From NCBI GenBank assembly GCA_963737655.1, contig CAVTTN010000002.1, positions 4,000,001 to 4,064,000 of the forward strand: a stretch of DNA of 64,000 nt, read 5' to 3'. Positions 1 to 10,218 of the stretch are shown here, in pieces (positions within the stretch are counted from its first letter, which is position 1; the number at the start of each line of letters is the position of its first letter). A program made the translations under genes and the position numbers. Source of the DNA: an uncultured Planctomycetota bacterium (GTDB lineage Bacteria; Planctomycetota; Planctomycetia; Isosphaerales; Isosphaeraceae). The notes beneath the pieces are model-generated. The model did no database searches and was not told where the DNA came from. It was given only the letters and a program-made list of their open reading frames with translations.

Positions 1-36
1 GATAGCGGTCTATCTTCGGGAGGACGTCCTCCGCGA

Positions 37-3000
37 TCAGGGCTTCGGGGCGTCGGCCGGGGGCGGGGGCGTCGCGGCGCCGATCTTGCCCGGGAATGCC
101 CTGGGCAGGTGGTTGACCGTCAGGTAATACGAGATCGCCTGGGCGGGCGCGGTGAAGTTGAAGAAGAACCAGTACGCATCGCCCTTGTTCAACGCCCCGT
201 CCACGGCGACGGTGCCGGAGATCTCCGGGCTGGTGATCGTGGCCGAGACGTTGGGCAGCGGGCCGTTGACCTTGTCGCTGGTCTTGCGGACGAGGGTGAT
301 GTTGAACTGGCGGGTCGCCTCGTCGTATTTCGGCTGGATCATGATGTAGTCGTTGATATCTTCCTGGATGAAGCGGAACCTCCTCCGGGACGAGAGCAGC
401 CGCTTCGCCGGCCCCGCCTCGTAGACGTCGATCGACAGGACGCGGGGCCGGTTCAGGGGGACCTCGTCGTCCTTCACGCCGATGGCTTCGATCGTCCGGG
501 CGTCGAGGTCCACGGCGTGCATGATCGTGGCGGGGGAATCCACCTTGCCGTTGGCTCGGATGGTGAGAGCGAGCGGCTCCAGCGGTTTGTCGTCGAGCCG
601 CCTCTCCACGACCACATCGACGGGCACGGCCTGCCGGTTCTCGAAGACGAGCTTGTATTCGAGCCGGGCCCCGTAGTGGAGGTAGCCGGCGTCGGGGTGG
701 TCCAGGAACTGGTCCTTCCAGCCCCGGACCCCCACTTCCCTCATGGAGACCATCACCCGGTCCTTCGAGGCTTCCAGGACGATGTTCACCGGCCGGGACG
801 CGGGATAGGCCACGCCTCGATAGAAGACGGTCGCCCGGACCGCGGCCTCCCCCAGGGACTTGTCGAACTCGGCTCGGCGGAACTTCGCCAGCTTGCGGAC
901 GGGCAAGGGGACGGGCACGGGCGACGCCTCGCCCGCGTCCACCTCGGTCTGGGAGACGAGATGGAGCTTCTCGCGGTCGAACTCCAGGAGGAGCGACGCC
1001 TCGCCGTCCGGGGGATCGTTCTCGGTCGAGATGTTGACGGCGATCGTCAGCGAATCGTCGCCGAGTTTCAGGGCGCGGGTCGCGTCGGTCGAGACGAGCA
1101 GTTTGGCCTTGCGGAGCCGATCGACTTCCGAAGAGGACCCCTTCGGGACGAGCAAGCCCGGGGAGGCGGCCGACTCGGCCAGGGCGTGGGCGTCCCTCGC
1201 CAGCCTGTCGGCGTGTTCCGGGGCGAAATCGCGTTCCAGCCGGGCCGATTGCCAGAGGAGCTGGGCCGACCGGAGGAACTGGTCGAGCTTCCTCTCCGCG
1301 CCGGACGCGGCCGACGCCGTGAGGTACGCCGAGGGGAGCACGGCCGCCGCCCTCGCCGAGGCGACCAGCGACGACTCGGTCACCTCGGCCGAGGCGTCGT
1401 CCTTCAGCCGGAGGGCCAATGCCTGCCGGCCCGAGATCGCCAGGTCCGTGAACCTGGCCAGGTCGTCCAGGCCCTGCGAGTCGCCCGGGGCCTTCTTCGC
1501 CCCCTCCAGGGCGTCCATCAGGGACTTCTGGTCTTCCGGCGAGGCCCCGCCGAACTTCATCAGGAAGCATTCCACGCCCGCGAGGGTCAAGGCGTGGGCC
1601 CGGAAGCTGTCATCGATCGAATCCTGGGACGACGCCTCGACCGGGCCGTCTTCGTCGGCCAGGGGGGCGGAGCCCTCGGGGGATCGGACCTTCTCCAGGA
1701 GCCTCTCGCGGTCCTCGGCCCGGATCAGGGGGACTCGCAGGAGGTCGTCGGCGGCCCTCCAGTTGGTCGAACCCCGCCCCTTCTCCCGGTCGCAGCTGGC
1801 CTGGAGCCGAAGCCGGATCTTCTCGTGACTGGTCCGGAGCCGGGCGATCCTCGCCTCGATCGTCCCGGTCTCGCGAGAGGCCACCTTCAGGGCCTCGGGC
1901 GAGCCCCGGCCCGCCGAGGTCTGGACCCAGGCGGTCTCGACGGCGTCGGCCAGGTCGTTCGCGTCCCGGACGAGCCTCTCGAAATCCGGGTCGGTGTCCC
2001 GGGCCGAGGCGCCGATCCAGTCGGCCAGATACGGGAGCTCGACGGCCATCCGGTTCAGGAGGTCCTGGGCCTGGGAGACCGTGGAGACGACCCGGAGGCC
2101 CTGGGCGAACAGCGATCGAGCCGCCTCGCGATCGTCTCGGAGCGTGGACGCCCGGTCCGGGACCTCGCAGAACAGGGCGTCCTGGAACTTCCGGCGGGTC
2201 TTGTCCCCCTCATCGACGAACAATCGGGCCCACTGCCGGCAGCGATCGTCGGCCTCGGCCGTGGCTTCGGCGGAGGCCCGAAGGTCGATCCCATCCCGGA
2301 AAAGCTGGCCGCGGTCCTCGCGGAACGGGACGTGCCCGGGGAGGTTGTCATAGACGTCCGCCCAGACGAGGAGCTGGGCTTCCAGGAAGACCGGGATCGT
2401 CGGGTCGTCGGCGGCCACGAGGGAGAGCGGGACCTTCGCCCGCTTGGCCGGGCCCGAGACCGCCGCGATCGCCCCTCCGGTCTTCTCCCCGGCCCCTTTC
2501 GGGGCGGCGACCGGGGCGGTCAGGCGGCCGGTCAGGTCGTCGATGTACGCGGCCATCACCTTGCGGACCTTCTGCGCCTCCTCCTTCCTGGACTTCGTCG
2601 CCTCGTTGATCGGCAGGGCGTCGATCGAGGCGAGAGACCAGGGCCGATCGAGCTTCCATCCCCCGGACCGCTCGCTCATCTCGAGCTTCAGCGAAGAGAC
2701 CGAGCGGAGGAGGTAATCCGCCTCCTCGGGACGGCCCGCGCGGAGCAGGCGCTCGGCCCGGAGCAGCGAGTCGAGGTAACGCCTCCAGACTGCCGGGGTC
2801 CGTCGATACGGGCTGAAATCCTTCTCCATCCGGTCCCGGGCGGCCCATTCGTCGGCCAGGGCCTTCCTCGCGGCGGTCTCGGCCGAGGCGCGGCGCTCCT
2901 CCAGCTTCTTGGCGGCCTCCTTCTCCGACGGCGAGGCCACCGGGGGGACCAGGGCGCGGATCTCGAAGTCGAACTGGGGGTCGGCCAGGAGGATCGGCGT

Positions 3001-3804
3001 CTGCTGGGCCTTGCGGTTGGCCTGGACCCAGCGTTCCACGTGCCCCCGGACGTACTGCGAGAGCTCGCGGACCGTCAGGCTCCTCGGCCCGTTGACCCCT
3101 CCGGCAAGGCCCCGGTCCACGAAGTGGCCGAAGACCGATCGCCGCTCCGATTCGCACGTCCAGCTCTTTTGACCCGGGGCGCAGGAGATCAGGACGGCCA
3201 GGTTCGGATGGGCCTTCGGGTCCGCGAAGGTCGAGACCACCCTGGCGACGAAGTTGTTGCCGAAGACGCCCAGGCCCCAGTCCGAGCCGACCTGGCCGGC
3301 GTCCAGGATCAGGAGCCGGCGGACGGGGCTTTCCGCCTCCATCAGCTTGAGGATCGCCCCGACGTCCTGCGCGTCCGGGCCGATCGCGGCCTCGATCGGC
3401 CCGCCGTCGCCCACGAAGACGGCCCTTCCCTTCCGGTCGATCCCCGGGGCCGACAGGTAGACCACGATGGGCGACCTCGAATTGCCCGAGAGGCAGGTGC
3501 GAAGCTCATTGGTCAGGGACTTGAGTTCGGTGGCGCGCGTCTTCGCGCTGGACAACCCGGGGCCGAGGCCCGAGGCATCCTCCTCCTGGAAGCCGATCGG
3601 GGCGATCGCCTCGCCCGGAGTGCCGACCCAGGCGGCGAAGACCTGGCCCTTCCTCGTCAGGCTGACGAAGATCAGGAGCCAGACCGCCAGGGCCGTGGCG
3701 ATCGTGCCGATGGTCGCCACGAGCAAGACCTTCGACTGTTCGGGGCCGGAAACCTTCGGGCGGGTGATCGGCCGACGCGGGGTGGTGTCGAGCAGCTCCG
3801 TCAT
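37..3804 (-). CDS. Large membrane-anchored protein (~1255 aa): N-terminal TM helix, catalytically dead caspase-like domain, long helical region, C-terminal beta-rich domains
   Basis: ATG at 3804 (MTELLDTT) follows a GAGGGA RBS-like motif. Hydrophobic helix VLLVATIGTIATALAVWLLIFV. Caspase-fold segments VVYLSAPG, RRLLILDAG, AVLISCAPGQKSW, SVFGHFVDRGLAG, LTVRELSQYV..QQTP. Confidence 0.75.
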   Translation of the reverse strand: MTELLDTTPRRPITRPKVSGPEQSKVLLVATIGTIATALAVWLLIFVSLTRKGQVFAAWVGTPGEAIAPIGFQEEDASGLGPGLSSAKTRATELKSLTNELRTCLSGNSRSPIVVYLSAPGIDRKGRAVFVGDGGPIEAAIGPDAQDVGAILKLMEAESPVRRLLILDAGQVGSDWGLGVFGNNFVARVVSTFADPKAHPNLAVLISCAPGQKSWTCESERRSVFGHFVDRGLAGGVNGPRSLTVRELSQYVRGHVERWVQANRKAQQTPILLADPQFDFEIRALVPPVASPSEKEAAKKLEERRASAETAARKALADEWAARDRMEKDFSPYRRTPAVWRRYLDSLLRAERLLRAGRPEEADYLLRSVSSLKLEMSERSGGWKLDRPWSLASIDALPINEATKSRKEEAQKVRKVMAAYIDDLTGRLTAPVAAPKGAGEKTGGAIAAVSGPAKRAKVPLSLVAADDPTIPVFLEAQLLVWADVYDNLPGHVPFREDRGQLFRDGIDLRASAEATAEADDRCRQWARLFVDEGDKTRRKFQDALFCEVPDRASTLRDDREAARSLFAQGLRVVSTVSQAQDLLNRMAVELPYLADWIGASARDTDPDFERLVRDANDLADAVETAWVQTSAGRGSPEALKVASRETGTIEARIARLRTSHEKIRLRLQASCDREKGRGSTNWRAADDLLRVPLIRAEDRERLLEKVRSPEGSAPLADEDGPVEASSQDSIDDSFRAHALTLAGVECFLMKFGGASPEDQKSLMDALEGAKKAPGDSQGLDDLARFTDLAISGRQALALRLKDDASAEVTESSLVASARAAAVLPSAYLTASAASGAERKLDQFLRSAQLLWQSARLERDFAPEHADRLARDAHALAESAASPGLLVPKGSSSEVDRLRKAKLLVSTDATRALKLGDDSLTIAVNISTENDPPDGEASLLLEFDREKLHLVSQTEVDAGEASPVPVPLPVRKLAKFRRAEFDKSLGEAAVRATVFYRGVAYPASRPVNIVLEASKDRVMVSMREVGVRGWKDQFLDHPDAGYLHYGARLEYKLVFENRQAVPVDVVVERRLDDKPLEPLALTIRANGKVDSPATIMHAVDLDARTIEAIGVKDDEVPLNRPRVLSIDVYEAGPAKRLLSSRRRFRFIQEDINDYIMIQPKYDEATRQFNITLVRKTSDKVNGPLPNVSATITSPEISGTVAVDGALNKGDAYWFFFNFTAPAQAISYYLTVNHLPRAFPGKIGAATPPPPADAPKP

Positions 3805-4062
3805 GATTCCCTCTTCGTCGGGGGTCAGCCATCGGAGGAAGTCCGGGGGCCGACTCGGCGGCTCCTCGGCATCCCTTCCCAAGTACGGGACGACCCTCCG
3901 GCCATTCCCTTTTTTTTCCGGGGATGGCGAGTGGTCCCTTTAGATTGGAGGGCCGGACCGCTATGCTATCCGATCGCCCCGGAATGGGCAGTCCCGTCGT
4001 CCGTATATGAGATCGGGCAGTCCGCTGGGCGAGGCGGCCCCGACCCGAGGGAGGGCGTCGTC

Positions 4063-5469
4063 ATGGCGAGTCGGCCGGTCCACTGGTATGAGGGGATGTT
4101 CCTCCGCCCCCACCACTTCCAGGCCGCCGACCGCCACGCTCGCGAGAGCCTCCGCGAGTCGGAGGACTGGTATCACCCGTTCAACTGGGGCATCCGCGCC
4201 GTCGAGTTCGACCGCGACGCCATCGCCAACTACACGATGGTGGTCCGGTCGTGCGAGGCCCGCTTCAAGGACGGCACCAAGCTCACCATCCCGAACGACG
4301 CCGCCGTGGCCCCGATCGAGCTGAAGGACGCACTCTCGGGCCGAGAGCCGGTCACCGTGTTCCTCGCCGTCCCGACGATCCACGTCGGCCGGGCGAACGT
4401 CGAGGACTCCCCCACGGAAAAAGGCCCGCGCTACTGGATCGACAGCCTCGAACGCGAGGACGAGAACACCGGGTCGGGCGATCAGCCGATCCAGGTCCGC
4501 CGGACCAGCGCCCGGCTCCTGCTCTCGACCCAGGACCACACCGGCTATGAAGTCCTGCCGCTGGCCCGCCTCGAACGGCTGGCCCAGGTCGAGGCGCCTC
4601 CCCAGGTCGATTCGTCGTTCATCCCCCCATTGGTCGCCCTGGATGGGTGGCCTCCGCTCTGGAGGGCCGTCCAGTCCCTCCAGAATCAGATCGGCGCGAG
4701 GATCGAGCAGCTGGCCTCGCAGGTCGTGGACCGCGGGATCTCGTTCGAAAGCCAGGTGCCCGGCGACGCCGAGAGGCTCCTGAAGCTCGCCACGCTGAAC
4801 GGGGTGGAGTCCTTCCTGGATTCCTTCCTCTCGTTGCGGAACCTGAGCCCCCTGTACGTCTACCAGGAGCTGTGCCGGATCGCCGGCCAGCTCGCGATCT
4901 TCACGGAAGGGCGGCGGCTCGCCGAGAAGCTGCCGGTCTACGACCATGAGAATATCGGTTATTGTTACTATCTGGCGATCAAGACGATCCAGGACGGCCT
5001 GAACAAGATCGCGCCCTCGGCGTTCGACAAGAGGTACTTCGAGAGGCTGGGCGAGCGGCTCCAGGTCAGCATGGAGCCGGCGTGGCTGACCAACGCCAAG
5101 TCGCTGTTCCTGGGCGTCGAGACCGAGCTCTCGGACCAGGAATGCCAGGACCTGCTCGGCACGATGGACATGAAGCTGGGCTCCGGGGCCCAGGTCGAGC
5201 ACATCTTCCGCCGGGCCCTGCGCGGCCTGGTCCTCGCCCCGCGGACCCGTCCGCCGCGGACCCTGCCGGCGAGCACGGGCATCGTCTATTACGAGATCGA
5301 GCGCGACACGGTGTTCTGGCGGGACGTCTCCGAATCGTACTCGCTGGCCCTGCGGATGAACCTGGCCCACGCCCAATTCCTCAGCGACCGGGTGCTCTCG
5401 GTCGCCCGGCCGGGGAGCAAGACGACGACGAACCTCCAATTCGCCCTGTTCGTCGTGGACAAGACATGA
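4063..5469 (+). CDS. tssK: T6SS baseplate subunit TssK
   Basis: N-terminus MASRPVHWYEGMFLRPHHFQ..WG is typical of TssK; LPVYDHENIG motif. Real start is inside the 109..5469 ORF. Confidence 0.92.
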   Translation: MASRPVHWYEGMFLRPHHFQAADRHARESLRESEDWYHPFNWGIRAVEFDRDAIANYTMVVRSCEARFKDGTKLTIPNDAAVAPIELKDALSGREPVTVFLAVPTIHVGRANVEDSPTEKGPRYWIDSLEREDENTGSGDQPIQVRRTSARLLLSTQDHTGYEVLPLARLERLAQVEAPPQVDSSFIPPLVALDGWPPLWRAVQSLQNQIGARIEQLASQVVDRGISFESQVPGDAERLLKLATLNGVESFLDSFLSLRNLSPLYVYQELCRIAGQLAIFTEGRRLAEKLPVYDHENIGYCYYLAIKTIQDGLNKIAPSAFDKRYFERLGERLQVSMEPAWLTNAKSLFLGVETELSDQECQDLLGTMDMKLGSGAQVEHIFRRALRGLVLAPRTRPPRTLPASTGIVYYEIERDTVFWRDVSESYSLALRMNLAHAQFLSDRVLSVARPGSKTTTNLQFALFVVDKT

Positions 5470-6104
5470 CCGACGCCTTCGCCAACGTGGTCAGCCCGAT
5501 CCTCCGGCACGTGGTGGACTTCCAGGCCCGCGTGGACTCCGGCGAGCATCCGCCGGCCGGCGCCCTGCGCGATCAAATGATCGATCTCCTCGCCCAGGCC
5601 GACCAGAGGGCCGGGACCTCCAGCCAGACGGCCCACGACTGGGAAGTCGCCCGGCACGCGGTGGTCTACTGGATCGACGAGGTGCTGATCAACTCGCGAT
5701 GGAACCACGCCGATTCCTGGCGCCAGCAGATCCTCGAATGGGACTTCTACCGGGAGAGGCTCCGGGCCGACCGCTTCTTCGAGAAGGCGACCGAGGCCGC
5801 TTCGTACTCCGGGACCGATGCCCTGGAAGTGTTCTACCTGTGCGTGGCGCTGGGGTTCCGGGGGCGTCTCGGCGACAATCCGACCAGCCTGAAGAAGTGG
5901 GGCGAGAAGGTGTACGGCCGGGTCGTGGCCGGGAACAAGCAGCCCGAACGGTTCCTGCCCGACGAGCCCCGAGACCCGGACCGCGACCCCCTCCGCCCCC
6001 TTCCCGGCAAATCCCTGCTCTTCCAGGTCAGCGTGTGGGTCTCGGTCACGTCGCTGGTGACCACCGCGTTCTTCATCCTCGCGTCGCGCCTCCATTCGCT
6101 GTGA
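5466..6104 (+). CDS. tssL: T6SS membrane protein TssL (DotU family)
   Basis: ARHAVVYWIDEVLI, ADRFFEK, LEVFYLCVALGFRG and a C-terminal TM helix; ATGA overlap with tssK. Confidence 0.9.
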   Translation: MTDAFANVVSPILRHVVDFQARVDSGEHPPAGALRDQMIDLLAQADQRAGTSSQTAHDWEVARHAVVYWIDEVLINSRWNHADSWRQQILEWDFYRERLRADRFFEKATEAASYSGTDALEVFYLCVALGFRGRLGDNPTSLKKWGEKVYGRVVAGNKQPERFLPDEPRDPDRDPLRPLPGKSLLFQVSVWVSVTSLVTTAFFILASRLHSL

Positions 6105-6138
6105 GGAGCCCGCCTCGCCCCGACGGACGGGACCGACC

Positions 6139-7561
6139 ATGACGTCGATCGCTTCTCAGAACGCGTGGATGTGGGGCCTGGGCCTCGGCGCGGCGACCCT
6201 GGCGGCCGTCCTGGCCTGGCTCGCGGCGAAGTTCCGCAGCGTCCGCCGCATCCTCCTCGTGAACCTGATCATCGCCGGGGCGATCGGCCTGGTCGTCCTC
6301 TGGTATTTCCTGAAGCAGAAATACTGGACCGCCGGTTCCGGCTTGCCCCTGTTCGAGAGCGCCGTCTGGTTCTGGCTGCTCCTGTTCCTGATGGTCGCCT
6401 ACGGGACCGTCGTCTATCTCGGGCTCTGGGCCGCGGCGACGATCCAATCGGCTCGCGAGGACGCGACCGGCAGCGCGGTGGGCCTGTTCCCCGACATGGA
6501 TGCGGCCTGGGACGAGATCCTCGTCCGGCTCGGCCAGGCCCAGATCGACCTCCCTCGCCAGAAACTCTTCCTCCTGCTCGCGCCCGACGAGGGATGGTCG
6601 GCGGCGCTGGTCTACTCGGCCGGGCTGAACGTCTTCGCCTCCGCGCCCGAGGTCGTCGCGCCGATCCACGCCTACGCCACGGCCGACGGCGTCCTGATCA
6701 CCTGCGCCGGGGCTACTGGGCTGGGTCGGCAGGATTCCGAGGGGTTCCGTCGTCTGGAATGGCTGTGTGAGCGGCTCCGGGCGCTCGACCCGGAATGCCC
6801 GGTCGTCCGAGGGGTCGCCGTCCTGTTCCCGGCGGACTGGGCCGCCCAGCCCGATGCCCCCAAGATGGCGGCGATGGTCCGGGACGACCTTCGGACGATC
6901 CAGAGGACCTTGAAGGTCCGTTGCCCGGTCTACGCCCTCTTCCCCCAGATGGAAAACACGCCCGGCTTTGCCGAGTTCCTCTCGAGGATGCCCGAGGCGA
7001 TGAAGCAAAATCGCTGCGGGTTCGCGATCCCCTCGACCCGATCGTTCAGCGGAGGGGCTCGTCAACGACGGGATGGTCTGGCTTTCCGGCTGGTTCCACA
7101 CCTGGATCCTCAGCCAGATGGACGGCGACCTCCTGAACCAGGAAGGGAACAACCGGCTGTTCACGCTCGACGACGAGATCCGCCGGGCCCGCCGTCCGTG
7201 GCGGAACGTCCTGGAGTCGGCCCTCTCGACCCACGCCCAGGGCGATCCCCTGCTCTTCCGAGGGTGCTACTGCATGGCCACGGGCACCGAGCCCGAACTC
7301 CGGGCCTTCTCGGCCGGGCTGTTCCGAGGCCCCCGGAGTCGCATCCTCGCCGACCACACGGCCACCGTCTGGGCCCCGGAGGCCGAGGCCGACGACCGGC
7401 GATACCGCAAGATCGCCTGGTGGGTCGCGATCGGCGGCGGGGCCTTCGTCTTCTCGACCTGGGCCTATATCGCCAGCTTCGGCGGGTTCTGGTGGATCGG
7501 GCTGGTCGGGATGATCGGCCTGTGGGTCCTGGCCATCCTCTGGCGGACCCTCTGGGCCTGA
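6139..7561 (+). CDS. tssM: Short TssM/IcmF-like protein (cytoplasmic ImcF-related domain between TM helices), frameshifted near 7055
   Basis: Three N-terminal TM helices; PVVRGVAVL, TLKVRCPVYALF..PGFAEF and LLFRGCY match the ImcF N-domain. An extra G in GGAGGGG (7051-7057) separates the 6139 frame from the 7073..7561 frame. Two C-terminal TM helices. Confidence 0.7.
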
Positions 7562-7585
7562 GGCCCGGGGCCGATCCACCGAGGA

Positions 7586-8965
7586 TCAGGCCCCCTGTTG
7601 ATCCACGACCCGGAGGAACGCGCGGCCGACCAGCAGGATGTCGCCGTTCTTCAACGGGGTCGGCTGGCGGATCTGCAGGAACGTGCCATTGCGGCTGTCC
7701 TTGTCCACAACGAGGAATCGGCCGTTCTCGACGTAAACCGCCGCGTGGAGCGCGGAGACCCACTCCGCGCCGGACAGGGCGATCTCGGACCGGGGCTGGC
7801 GGCCGAGCGTGGTCTCGGTCGTCTTGGTCAAGGGGAAGCGGAGCCCGACGGTATTATCGGGCCGGATCATGTCGAGGTAGGCGATCGGGACGACGTCGGA
7901 GCTGAGGAACTCCTCGCCCTCGCCGGAATAGGCCGTGGGCGCCGCCGGCAGCGTCTCGGCGGTCCGAAACTCGATGACCTGGCTGCCGACCCGGATGCGG
8001 GTCCGATCCGTGAGCTCGACCGGCCCGCTGATCTTCACGAAGACGCCGTTGAGCGATCCCAGGTCCTCGGCGAGCAGCTGGGGGCCGTCGTAGGTCAGTC
8101 GCAAGTGGCGGACGGCCATGCTGTTGAGGAACGGGAAGTGCGAGCTGCTGGAGCTCCGACCGATGTTCAGCCCGTTGGCGCCGATCGGCGCCCAGGAGCG
8201 CCACTGGCCGTCCTTGTCCCGGAGTTGCAGCGTGTAAACGCTCGTCGGGAACTTCAGCTTGCCGATGTCCGCGCCGGGCATGCCGACCGTCTGCGATTCC
8301 TGGGGTTCCTCGGCCGACGGAGGGGCGGAGGGGAGCTCGGGGTCGCGGATCGGGGGCATCGCGGGCGGGGCCGCCGGAGCGGCCTGGGGCCCGGCCCACT
8401 GGTCCGAGGAGACGACCGGCCAGGCCGCGCCGGCCTGGGGAGACGGGGCCGATGCGGGCGACGAATCGGCCGCCTTCCCGCCGAGCATCTTGATCATCCA
8501 GCCGCGGACCCCTCCCGGAGGCCCGCCCGGCAACCCGCCCTGGCCCGCCGCCGGAGGATTCGGCGAGGCGGCCACCGGAGCCGGCGACGGGGAATAGGCC
8601 GGGGCGGCCGGGGGCGGAGGGACCGCGGCGACGACCGGGCGGACCGGCGAGGGCGGAGGAGGCGAGGCCGGCGCCGGCTTCGGCGGGGTCATCGGCGGGG
8701 CCGCGGCCATCGGCGGAGGGACCGGAGCCGGCCGGGGCTTCGGCCGTCGAGGGGGAGGCGCGGGGACCGGTTCGCTCGCAGTCTCCGGGATCGACTGGGG
8801 TTGCGGCTTGGGCGCCGGACGGGCCGAGACCCGGACCGGGCTCGCCGCCTTCTTGGGACTCGGCAACCCGATCGTCCCGAACGTGTCGAGGTCCAGCTTG
8901 CAATGAGGGCAGACGACATCGTCTTCCCGGACGGCTTCGCCGCAATATTGACAGGACAACGCCAT
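7586..8965 (-). CDS. Zinc-ribbon + Pro-rich linker + two FHA domains protein
   Basis: MALSCQYCG..VCPHC; long Pro/Ala linker; FHA motifs IGRS..MAVRH..DLGSLNGVF and LGRQ..VSALHA..DKDSRNGTF. Confidence 0.85.
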   Translation of the reverse strand: MALSCQYCGEAVREDDVVCPHCKLDLDTFGTIGLPSPKKAASPVRVSARPAPKPQPQSIPETASEPVPAPPPRRPKPRPAPVPPPMAAAPPMTPPKPAPASPPPPSPVRPVVAAVPPPPAAPAYSPSPAPVAASPNPPAAGQGGLPGGPPGGVRGWMIKMLGGKAADSSPASAPSPQAGAAWPVVSSDQWAGPQAAPAAPPAMPPIRDPELPSAPPSAEEPQESQTVGMPGADIGKLKFPTSVYTLQLRDKDGQWRSWAPIGANGLNIGRSSSSSHFPFLNSMAVRHLRLTYDGPQLLAEDLGSLNGVFVKISGPVELTDRTRIRVGSQVIEFRTAETLPAAPTAYSGEGEEFLSSDVVPIAYLDMIRPDNTVGLRFPLTKTTETTLGRQPRSEIALSGAEWVSALHAAVYVENGRFLVVDKDSRNGTFLQIRQPTPLKNGDILLVGRAFLRVVDQQGA

Positions 8966-9401
8966 CGAACGGCTCCCGACTTCGCGGACGGCCTGGACGG
9001 GCAATCGCCGGGGGGGCGAGAATCGGTCCGGCGACGCCTCGCCGGGGCTCCGATCGCTGGGGCCCCGCCCCCTTCGGGCCGGGGACGATTCGCTTCGATC
9101 GGTGATTTGCATAGCATAAGGTCCGAAGTCCGAATCGTCAAAAACTTTACCGTTGCTTCGACGGGCCCGATCTGCGACAAATCCTCCAGGGCCCTCTCTT
9201 CACGATACGGACGAATTCCGGACCATCCGCTGCAATCGGGGATTTCGACCGGGATTCTTGAGGATTCGCGGCGGAGTCGCCGTTCTTGTTCTGGAAGCAA
9301 GCCCCGCGCGAGACGCCCCGAACCTCCGATCGATCTCGCCCCGGCGGGAGACCTCGCGAGCGGAGTCGGATCGGCGGGCCCGCCTCGAAACGGGGGACGT
9401 G

Positions 9402-10215
9402 ATGACCGCCAAGGACATGCTGGACGCCGGACGGCTCGGGGCCGCCATCGAACACCTGGGCCTGGAGCTCAAATCCAAGCCCGCCGACACTCGCCAGCGG
9501 ACCTCCCTGTTCGAGACGCTCTGTTTCGCCGGGCAGTGGGCCCGGGCCGGCAAGCAGTTGGACGTCCTCGGCCACCAGGTCGGCGTGCCCGAGGCGGCGC
9601 TCGGGGCGCAGCTCCTCCGCCGCTTGCTCGATGCCGAGATCGCCCGGGAAGCCGTCTGGACCAAGGGGGCCCGGCCGAAATTCATGTTCGCGCCGCCGCC
9701 TTCGGCCGACGACCACCTCGCCGCCATCGCCTCGCGTCGCGAGGGGCGAGGCGACGAGGCCCGGCAGGCGCTGGACCGCGCCCTGGCCTCCCTCTCGGCC
9801 CGCCCGGGGACTCGAGACGGCCAGCCCTTCGACGACATCCGAGACGCCGACGACCTGCTCGGCCCGTTCCTGGAGGTCTTCGCCCCCTCGGGTTACGCCT
9901 GGGTGCCCTGGGAGGCCGTCCAGTTCCTGGAAGTCTCCCGGCCGAAGACGTTCCGCGACCTGCTCTGGTCGCCCGCCCGGCTCGCCTCGCTCGACGGCCA
10001 GCTCGGCGAGGTCTATCTGCCCAACCTCTATCCCGAAACCGCATCCGCGCCCGACGACGAGCCTCCGGCTGGGCCGCAAGACGGACTGGATCGACGGGCC
10101 GGGCGAGATCGTCCGGGGACGAGGGCTCAAGACGATCCTCGTCGGGGAGGACGCCGTCACGATCCCCGAACTCGGCTCCCTGCAATTCGCGGCCCCCTCG
10201 CCGACGGAAGCCTGA
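9402..10215 (+). CDS. tagJ: T6SS accessory TagJ/ImpE (SciE) protein, frameshifted near 10062
   Basis: LFETLCFAGQWARAGKQL, DIRDADDLLGPFLEV, YAWVPW, RDLLWSPA, EVYLPNLYP; continues in another frame as LRLGRKTDW..GRGLKT. Confidence 0.85.
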
Positions 10216-10218
10216 ATC

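Noticed and set aside
109..4062. N-terminal ~1300 aa of the 1786-aa plus-strand ORF
   Set aside because: Antisense shadow of the minus-strand gene in high-GC DNA; only the TssK part from 4063 is protein-like.
8300..8830. Low-complexity GC-rich repeats
   Set aside because: They encode the Pro/Ala linker of the FHA protein; not a DNA repeat element.
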